64,000 nucleotides of DNA from an uncultured Rhodobacteraceae bacterium (lineage in GTDB: Bacteria; Pseudomonadota; Alphaproteobacteria; Rhodobacterales; Rhodobacteraceae): NCBI GenBank assembly GCA_947503765.1, contig CANNFA010000007.1, forward strand, positions 98,614-162,613. Reading direction: 5' to 3'. Made by a program: the position numbers and the translations under genes. Shown in pieces: positions 57,813 to 64,000 of this stretch (its first letter is position 1; each line of letters starts with the position of its first letter). The notes under the pieces are model-generated. The model ran no database searches. It was not told the origin of the DNA and was given only the letters and a program-made list of their open reading frames with translations.

Positions 57813-60328
57813 GCCAGCCCCTCGCGCACGATCCGCCACGCTTCCTTGCGGGGCTTGCCTGCCACCTCTGCGCCGTGATCCTCGACCAGCCATCCGTGCG
57901 CCTGAAGGCGTTGCAGCGCCTTGCGTGCTCGATCTGTCACCTTGAACGGCCCGCGCTGCGCCGCGATACCCGCCGAGATACACGGCTCGGCCCATGATCC
58001 CAGCAGCCATTTGCGCATCCGCTCCGCATCGGCCACCTCGGGCGGCAAGATTGCAGCATCCGCGAGGCGCGCAGCCTCGTTCGCGTAGAAGGTCGCAATC
58101 TCCGTTGCCCCGGCCATTGTCTCGCCCGTTACCTCGGGCGCGTCAGGGTCCGCATAGATCGTCAGCACCGCCGCGAGGCGGGCGGCATGCTCTGCGGTTT
58201 TCGACGCGAAGGCGCGCGCATCCTCGAAGGGTCTGCCCGGTGCCTGCGCCTTTTCCACTTCGCGCGCAAAGCAGGTCAGCACCGCGCGGGCCTCTTGCGA
58301 CATGGACACGACCGGCGGCGCGAGTTCGCTACGCTTGCCATCCGCTAGGGGCAGGTCGCGGGATAGAAGCGACCGGATGCGGGCGGCAAAGCTGGCAATC
58401 CGGGCCTCGGCTTGCGCGTCCCTCTCCATGCGCAAGCGGGTGCCGATGCGCGAGGCGGGGCGGCACGTCAGGAAGCGGGCGAGAAGGCCTTGTCCGTTCG
58501 CCATCGGATCCGATAGCAGCGCCTCAGCCGCGACCGGCTGCACAAGGATATGTGCCGAAAAGCGCCGCCCGGTATAGGCTTCAACGCCATCGCCTGCGCG
58601 CCACCTGTCGAGCGGTGCGCCGTCCCACATGGCGCTGAAGCTGGCACAGGTGGCGAGGCGGTTTTCCGCCTTCATGCTGTGCCCGCCGATGAGTGCGCCG
58701 CCTTCCTCGGTCATGATACCGAGGCTTGCGCGCAGTTCGGGCAGGTGTTTCACGATCCCTTCAATCGTCGGCGCGCTTGCCACGATATGCGGCTTGATCG
58801 GCGCGGGCGGTTCCGGCCCCAGGGCTTGCAGATCGGCCCGCTTCGCGGCGGCGTCGGCTTTCTTGTCTCCGATGATCTTCGCGCGGGTGGCCTTCCATAT
58901 CTCGTGCGCATCGCGCCAAAGGTCGTGCTGGATATCGTAATCGGTGCGCAGATCGGCCTCGAAGTCGCGCACACCCTTCATGGCGAGGCGGTCGGCAGTG
59001 CTCTTGCGTTCCCCGCTCTCGGCCACCGTCAGCAAAAACAGGCTTGCAGGTGCAATGCCGTTCAATGTCTCCGCGTCCCGATGCCCCTGCGCGGCCAATG
59101 CCGCCGAGGCGAGCACGCTTGCCGCGCACATGGCGACTGGGGCCTCGGTCGCGCGGGCAATAGCCTCTGCCGGTTCGCGCAGCGGCCCCAACGCCGCCAC
59201 CGGATAGGGTCCGGCCTCGGGCATTTCGCGGATGAGTGGCGTCGGGTCTGCACGGTCGAGGCGGTTCTGGTCGCGCTCGCGTTGCACGCGCTCGGCTTCA
59301 TCGCGGCCCGCCTCGGTTTCGCCCGAATAGAGGCCATGCCGCGCGAGATGCCCGAGGCGCAGGCGGCGCAGGGTGTTCTGCACGCGCTTGCGCAATGCCC
59401 GCTGCCCCGGCTCAGAGGTCCAGCGATCATCACCTTCAGTCTCCTGACAAAAGCGCAGATAGGCGGCATCGAAGATTTCTTCGGCGGTCGGGTCTGCGCC
59501 TGTCGCGCGCTGATACTTGGCGAGTTCGGCAATCACGATCTGCCGCCAAAAGGCTTCGCGGCCATCCGTGACCAGCCCGGAGGCGTCGCGGATGATCTCG
59601 CCCGGCCCGCCATTGCCGCCTTTGCCGCCTTTGTGTGTCGGCTGCCAGCCCGGCAAGGGGCCGAGGCGCGCGAGGCGGTCGAGGTCTGCGGCGGGCGCAT
59701 CCTCGGTTATGACGGCGGTCAGCTCGTCAACATAGCCTTTCGCCTGCTTTGCCGGGTCTGTGATCCAGTTGACCGTGCCGCCAAGGCGCAGAATGCGCGC
59801 GCTGTCCCTGACCTTCGCATCGGCCCCCACATGCGCCACCAGCGCGCCCAGGGCTTCAGTGTAGGTGTCCGGATCGTCGCAAAGTTCGCGCAGCGGCAAC
59901 CAGTGATGGACGCGCTTTTCGGGGTGCTGGCCCGTCCTGACGCGGATCGCGCCTTTCAGGCCAGCCCCCGCGATCCGTTCGGCCACCTTGTCCGCGTCCT
60001 CGTCGGCTTCACAACCGGCATAGGCGGCGGCGTAGAAGTCCAATGTAGAGCCGCGCCGGAATCGGTTAGAATCCGGTGCCCGCAATGCCGCGCCGATGTA
60101 GAGGTTCGCGCCCTCGGCATTGCGGTCAGCAGCGAAAGCGGCGGCGGCGTCGATCTCATCCAAACCGAAAAGGCGGGCGCGATTAGGTGCCGGATCGCCG
60201 GGCGCGGTATAGGCAATTTCGCAAAGCCCGTCCTCGAATTCGGATTGCATGAAAGGTACGGCCCATGCGGCAATGTGCTGCCGGATCGCGGGCAGGTTGG
60301 GGGCAAGGATGGTGTCCTGCATGTTCAT
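57809..60328 (-). CDS. Primase-helicase (RepB/AEP-like primase N-terminus, DUF3987-like P-loop helicase C-terminus), 839 aa
   Basis: NLYIG and RVHHW primase-like motifs, Walker A-like AESGERKS, Walker B-like TEEGG and GLLARFL. Start at MNMQD. Confidence 0.85.
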   Translation of the reverse strand: MNMQDTILAPNLPAIRQHIAAWAVPFMQSEFEDGLCEIAYTAPGDPAPNRARLFGLDEIDAAAAFAADRNAEGANLYIGAALRAPDSNRFRRGSTLDFYAAAYAGCEADEDADKVAERIAGAGLKGAIRVRTGQHPEKRVHHWLPLRELCDDPDTYTEALGALVAHVGADAKVRDSARILRLGGTVNWITDPAKQAKGYVDELTAVITEDAPAADLDRLARLGPLPGWQPTHKGGKGGNGGPGEIIRDASGLVTDGREAFWRQIVIAELAKYQRATGADPTAEEIFDAAYLRFCQETEGDDRWTSEPGQRALRKRVQNTLRRLRLGHLARHGLYSGETEAGRDEAERVQRERDQNRLDRADPTPLIREMPEAGPYPVAALGPLREPAEAIARATEAPVAMCAASVLASAALAAQGHRDAETLNGIAPASLFLLTVAESGERKSTADRLAMKGVRDFEADLRTDYDIQHDLWRDAHEIWKATRAKIIGDKKADAAAKRADLQALGPEPPAPIKPHIVASAPTIEGIVKHLPELRASLGIMTEEGGALIGGHSMKAENRLATCASFSAMWDGAPLDRWRAGDGVEAYTGRRFSAHILVQPVAAEALLSDPMANGQGLLARFLTCRPASRIGTRLRMERDAQAEARIASFAARIRSLLSRDLPLADGKRSELAPPVVSMSQEARAVLTCFAREVEKAQAPGRPFEDARAFASKTAEHAARLAAVLTIYADPDAPEVTGETMAGATEIATFYANEAARLADAAILPPEVADAERMRKWLLGSWAEPCISAGIAAQRGPFKVTDRARKALQRLQAHGWLVEDHGAEVAGKPRKEAWRIVREGLA

Positions 60329-60423
60329 CAGGGCGCCCCCCAGATCAGCGCACAAAGCGCGGATGCCTGCGCCTCGGTCATCCCGTGCAGGCGCATCAGA
60401 AGGCGGATTTGAAGCTGTCTCAT
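60328..60423 (-). CDS. 31-aa micro-ORF
   Basis: MRQLQIRLLMRLHGMTEAQASALCALIWGAP*. ATGA overlap upstream and TGATG overlap with the primase start. Not in the ORF track. Confidence 0.6.
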   Translation of the reverse strand: MRQLQIRLLMRLHGMTEAQASALCALIWGAP

Positions 60424-60662
60424 ACCGCGCCCCCCACCATTTCCAGCGGGTCGAATTCGCCCGCGCCCTCGACGCGCGCCAGGACGCGGCCCCGGTCATC
60501 CCTCAGAACGCGGTGCGGATCGCAGTTGCAGAGCCGCGCGGCGGTGTAGATCGCGCAGCCCGGATCGTGCTGGAATTCGACGTGATAGAGATTGCCGCGC
60601 TTGATATGTTTGCGCTGCGCGGCGGCCCACGCCCGGCGGGCCTGTCTTCTGGATTGTGTCAT
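60420..60662 (-). CDS. Small His/Cys-rich hypothetical protein (80 aa)
   Basis: HDPGC...CNCDPH cluster, coupled to downstream ORFs. Confidence 0.7.
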   Translation of the reverse strand: MTQSRRQARRAWAAAQRKHIKRGNLYHVEFQHDPGCAIYTAARLCNCDPHRVLRDDRGRVLARVEGAGEFDPLEMVGGAV

Positions 60663-60742
60663 GCTCGGTTCCCCAGGGTTTGCCCCCGGCGGTCGGCAGT
60701 GCTATTCTTCCAGCCGTAGCTTGCCAGCGTTCGACTATCCGA

Positions 60743-60773
60743 AAGCCCCCACCGATTCCGCCGGTGGGGGTTT
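60743..60773 (-). terminator. Internal hairpin / terminator within the satellite operon
   Basis: CCCCCACCG/CGGTGGGGG 9-bp core stem followed on the minus strand by a short TTT tract, directly after a stop codon. Confidence 0.6.
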
Positions 60774-61160
60774 CTATTTGTTCAGCAGCGCGCGCAGGCG
60801 GCTACTGGCCTCGCTGGTATTGTTCATGCTGGCCTGTTGCGCGTTCGTCGCCGCGCGGATGATCCGGTGCAGGTGGATCGCGTCGGAGCTGTCGAAGTCG
60901 GGATTTGCCAGCGCCGTGCAGGCGACTTCCAGAACCGATTCAACGAAGCCTTCGGCGTCGTCCACGTCGATCCTGTCATCGTTGCGCACGAGACAGGCAT
61001 TGGCTTGGCTCGCCGCTTCCGCCGGATCGGTCGGCAGTTCCGCAAAGGCCTCCTGTTCGCGCAGGCGGCGCGCCTCGATCGCCAGCAGGTCGAAGCCGTG
61101 GCCCGAAAGCGATTTCAGCTTTTCGACGGCTTCGGCGGGCAGGTCGGAAAGGGTGATCAT
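60774..61160 (-). CDS. Hypothetical protein (128 aa)
   Basis: Starts MITLSDLPAEAV, 2 bp after the upstream stop. Helical and acidic. Confidence 0.65.
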   Translation of the reverse strand: MITLSDLPAEAVEKLKSLSGHGFDLLAIEARRLREQEAFAELPTDPAEAASQANACLVRNDDRIDVDDAEGFVESVLEVACTALANPDFDSSDAIHLHRIIRAATNAQQASMNNTSEASSRLRALLNK

Positions 61161-61162
61161 GT

Positions 61163-61405
61163 CTAGCCCTCCCCGCGCGCGGCAATTTCCGCCAACTTGG
61201 CGCTGGCTTGGCGACTGGCGCTCACCGCGTCCAGCGCATCCGCGTGCTCCAAGTACCAATTGCCCATGTCTTCGACCGCATCCGCAATCGCGGTCACGGC
61301 CTCGGGGCAATACTCCAGGCGCTGCAACAGGAATTGAAGCTGCACGCCGGGATATTCGCCAGCGCCTTCCATCGTGCGGCGCATCACGTCTTTTTCCCAG
61401 TTCAT
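61163..61405 (-). CDS. Hypothetical protein (80 aa)
   Basis: Starts MNWEKD, with a TAATG overlap with the excisionase stop. Confidence 0.65.
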   Translation of the reverse strand: MNWEKDVMRRTMEGAGEYPGVQLQFLLQRLEYCPEAVTAIADAVEDMGNWYLEHADALDAVSASRQASAKLAEIAARGEG

Positions 61406-61611
61406 TACGCCGCCCCCCGATTGGCGCGGGGCTGCGCCTGTTCCTGCGCCAGCAGCCACGCCTCGATTGCCGCCGGGCGGTAGTAGATGGTGCGGCCCAA
61501 CTTGATGAAGGGCGGGCCGATGCGCTGCGCGCGCTCGCGCTGCACCGTGCGAACGGAAACGCCACGCGCGGCGGCGTAGTCAGCTTCCGGGATAAGGTCT
61601 TGAATGGTCAT
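61405..61611 (-). CDS. Excisionase / AlpA-like winged-helix protein
   Basis: YAAARGVSVRTVQRER...GPPFIKLGRTIYYRPAAIEAW. Confidence 0.85.
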   Translation of the reverse strand: MTIQDLIPEADYAAARGVSVRTVQRERAQRIGPPFIKLGRTIYYRPAAIEAWLLAQEQAQPRANRGAA

Positions 61612-61671
61612 TTTTTTAGCCTCACGTTGTTTCGACGTGCGGCCAGTGTCGCGCTTTGGCGATGGAAGGGC

Positions 61672-62397
61672 TTAGCCCGTTTTTCCAACTTTCTTTAGGT
61701 CATCGCGAATTGTTCTGTCGGTAACTCTGATTCCGAGGTCGTCGTAGTTGTCCTTGAAATACCTCTGCACCTCACGCACCAAGGCGCCATGAGTGGCGCT
61801 TGATTGTGCCGCGAATTCCGCAACAATTTTCTGCCGCTTCTCAGCTTTCTCCCGTTTTTTCTCGTTTGCGCTGTTGCGGTGATCATCCAGAACTCTAGTC
61901 TGCTTCTTCCCCGAAATTGCCAGTTCTTCGCGCCTCTTTCCGGTCAGCGGGTCTACTCCCGCGCGCCACCACATGCGCTCTTGAAGGCGTCCCATTTCCT
62001 CAGTTGCCATGAGCATCCGAGATAAGTTGTTCGGGGAAACGTCGCCTGCCTCAAACCGCTCGCGACCTCGCGTCAACGCGTTATATTCAGCCAGCCAGTG
62101 CGCCGCTATCCATTGTGCAGAGTTTTCGGCCAAACCTTTCGCGCGCAGAGTCCCGATATTCACCGCGCACATACCATCATCGGTCATTCCATCGGTTGCA
62201 AGGATTGCTCGGCATCGCTCTGCATTATGCCGATGCAAGGCATCACCGAGCCAATCGCCCGGCGCAGCCTGCGGCTGCCGTTCCGCATATTTCTTCCACG
62301 CCTCAATGATCGCCTCAATGTCTTTCGGATCATCCATTCGATACTTGATTTCGGTCCGCTGCATCATTCCGGTGTCTTTGGTAACTTTTTTGGCCAT
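61672..62397 (-). CDS. Hypothetical protein with a C-terminal HTH-like segment (241 aa)
   Basis: TAATG overlap with the integrase stop, lower GC, and C-terminal VREVQRYF...VTDRTIRDDLKK. Confidence 0.7.
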   Translation of the reverse strand: MAKKVTKDTGMMQRTEIKYRMDDPKDIEAIIEAWKKYAERQPQAAPGDWLGDALHRHNAERCRAILATDGMTDDGMCAVNIGTLRAKGLAENSAQWIAAHWLAEYNALTRGRERFEAGDVSPNNLSRMLMATEEMGRLQERMWWRAGVDPLTGKRREELAISGKKQTRVLDDHRNSANEKKREKAEKRQKIVAEFAAQSSATHGALVREVQRYFKDNYDDLGIRVTDRTIRDDLKKVGKTG

Positions 62398-63704
62398 TAC
62401 TGCGCCCTTTCCAGCTTCACCACGTTGTCGAACTGCGCGGCGTCGGGGTCTTGCCCGGCTACGATCCGCGACAATCGCGCGCCCCATGCCTCCAGCGCCG
62501 CGCGCCGTTCATCCTTGAAGTCGTGCCGATCATAAACGCCCCGGATACCCGGTATCACATGCCCGGTGACGATCTCGGCTATATCCGGCCTCACCTTGCA
62601 GGCGCTCAATTCCGTGCGCATGGTGCGCCGCAAATCATGTGGACGCCACCGCCCGCGCCCATCCGCCTCTCCCCGATCACCAAGAGTCTCACCAACCCGC
62701 AGAACGGCCCGAGCAAGCCCTGCATTGGTGATCGGCGCACCGGGCCTTGCCTCGAAGATAAAGCCGCTCCACGTCTCATTTCTGCGCCTGTGCAGGCGTT
62801 CCAGTTCGGCCTTGGCGTCCGCGACGATCTGCAAGGCGGTCTCGCTTAAATAGACTTCCTGCGCGCTATCCGTCTTGCCCCTGCGGCTTGCCGGAATAGT
62901 CCACCAGCGGCCCGAGATTTCATCCTCGTGCATCCCGGCGACCTCGCCCGGCCTTTGCCCCGTGATCAGCACCAGCTTGAGGCAAAGCGCGGTCAGCCGA
63001 TGCAGGCCGCAGGTTTCGGCATTGGTCCAGAAGGCGCGGATTTCGTCGTGATCCAGAACGCGGGCGCGCGGCTTGGCCTTGAGTGGGTTGCGCTGCCCTT
63101 TCACGGTTATCGAGGTCGGTTTCAGATCGGCCACCGGGTTCGCCATGATAATTTCGCGGTCTGCGGCATAGGACAGAATCTTGCGCGTGTAGATCAAGAG
63201 TTGCGCGGCGCTGCGCGGTGCCCTTTCCGCCTTGGCCTCGACCATGTCGATCACGTCCCGGCGTCGCACGTCCGTAACCTTCAAGTCGCCCAGCGTCGGC
63301 ACGATATCGTTGTTCACCAGCCCACGAATTGTGCCGATGCTCTTTAGTCCCGTCTGTTTGTCCAGCCATTCCCCCGCAAGGTCTGCCATCGTCGGCTCGG
63401 CCTTGCGACGTCTCTTGGCCTCTAACGGATCGTCGCCCCGGTCAATCCGCTGCACCAGATCGCGAGCCTCGATCCGCGCCGCTTCAAGCGTCCAGGTCGG
63501 CCAGTCGCCTATCGTCTTGCGGCGCTGTTTCCCTTCCACCGTGTATTGCAGCACGAAAGCCTTTCCGCCCGCAGCGGTGATCCGCAAGGCAAAGCCGCGC
63601 GGCGCGTCCCGGTGGTCATCCCAGATGAAACGCTGCCCCTTGGCGGGTGCCTCGGCCTTCGCAATCGTGCCGCTCTTACCATCTGTCAGTTTGCCCACGG
63701 TCAT
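62397..63704 (-). CDS. Tyrosine integrase (P4-like, with an N-terminal arm-binding domain)
   Basis: IWD...PRGFALRITAAGGKAF arm domain, and catalytic TGQRPGE, PHDLRRT, GH and VYDRH all intact. Confidence 0.95.
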   Translation of the reverse strand: MTVGKLTDGKSGTIAKAEAPAKGQRFIWDDHRDAPRGFALRITAAGGKAFVLQYTVEGKQRRKTIGDWPTWTLEAARIEARDLVQRIDRGDDPLEAKRRRKAEPTMADLAGEWLDKQTGLKSIGTIRGLVNNDIVPTLGDLKVTDVRRRDVIDMVEAKAERAPRSAAQLLIYTRKILSYAADREIIMANPVADLKPTSITVKGQRNPLKAKPRARVLDHDEIRAFWTNAETCGLHRLTALCLKLVLITGQRPGEVAGMHEDEISGRWWTIPASRRGKTDSAQEVYLSETALQIVADAKAELERLHRRRNETWSGFIFEARPGAPITNAGLARAVLRVGETLGDRGEADGRGRWRPHDLRRTMRTELSACKVRPDIAEIVTGHVIPGIRGVYDRHDFKDERRAALEAWGARLSRIVAGQDPDAAQFDNVVKLERAQ

Positions 63705-63728
63705 ATCCCCTTGATGCCTGCGCCGCGA

Positions 63729-63872
63729 TTTGTCACCGGATTTGTCACTAACTGAAACAGGGTTCGGTGGCGCAACGTGTCGTCATGTGTCAGTTAACAT
63801 ACGGCATATGTCAATTAAAAACAGGGTGTTATGTGCGTTCGATTTTGAATTTGTCACCAAATCAGCAGCTTA
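63729..63872 (+). repeat. Integrase arm-type sites and IHF-like boxes
   Basis: TTTGTCACC/T at 63729, 63741 and 63850. WATCAR-N4-TTR matches at 63860-63872 (full) and 63819-63831 (1 mismatch). Confidence 0.7.
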
Positions 63873-63885
63873 AAAACTGGTTCAA

Positions 63886-63938
63886 AACTGACTTTTAATC
63901 AGTGGGTCGCAGGTTCGAATCCTGCACGGCTCACCACT
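63886..63938 (+). repeat. att direct repeat, right copy (3' part of tRNA-Lys)
   Basis: 53-bp identity to 29161-29213. The acceptor 5' strand and D-arm are absent. Confidence 0.97.
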
Positions 63939-64000
63939 GTTTCTTCAAAGAGATCAAGACGATGCAGGCCGCCCGAAAGGACGGTCGCTGCCGGCCCCGC

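Larger units (their letters stand above)
29161..63938 (-). mobile_element. tRNA-Lys-integrated composite element: phage-satellite (PICI-like) core plus nutrient-uptake and defence cargo
   Basis: 53-bp terminal direct repeats, an intact integrase beside the right repeat, and arm sites at both ends. Composition is visibly less GC-rich than the flanking core genes. Confidence 0.93.

Noticed and set aside
53657-63704. Complete prophage or capsid-forming PICI
   Set aside because: There is no portal, protease, large terminase, HNH, head-tail connector, tail or intact lysis gene between the att sites.
63870-63884. CtrA box (TTAA-N7-TTCA) near attR
   Set aside because: It has one mismatch in an AT-rich tract and is better explained by the overlapping IHF-like site.
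63886-63938. Second tRNA-Lys gene
   Set aside because: Only the anticodon arm through CCA is present. This is the att duplication, not a tRNA.
29161-63938. ICE / conjugative element
   Set aside because: No relaxase, coupling protein or T4SS genes are visible.

Overview
The window comes from a high-GC alphaproteobacterial (Rhodobacteraceae-like) chromosome and has two parts. Bases 1-29,211 are core genome: a PLP aminotransferase / glutaryl-CoA dehydrogenase / fused E1 / FabD-like cluster, a Liv-type ABC transporter, ade-amn-HU, aroC, a TPP riboswitch with thiBPQ, petABC, an LpxQ homolog, GST, mtaB, dapF and tRNA-Lys(TTT). Bases 29,161-63,938 are a complete ~34.7 kb integrative element bounded by a perfect 53-bp direct repeat of the tRNA-Lys 3' part, with matching arm-type and IHF-like sites at both ends. 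Its right ~10 kb is a phage-satellite-like core transcribed in one direction: tyrosine integrase, HTH protein, excisionase, small ORFs, primase-helicase, an inverted iteron array (candidate origin), a lone HK97-type capsid gene, a cos-like site, TWO tandem P27-family small terminases and a serine resolvase. It has no portal, protease, large terminase, HNH or tail genes. The cargo is glnK-amtB with tandem NtrC-like boxes; pstSCAB-phoU-arsR-acr3-arsC-phoR-phoU-phoB with Pho boxes and a hidden pstB relic; prophage lysis and recombinase relics; and a type I R-M operon that begins with an orphan Phd/YefM gene and carries a membrane-protein + DUF429-like nuclease pair between hsdS and hsdR. The best candidates for undescribed biology are the dual-TerS, capsid-only, nutrient-scavenging satellite and the R-M-embedded gene pair. 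Family assignments come from motif recognition by eye, not from database searches.
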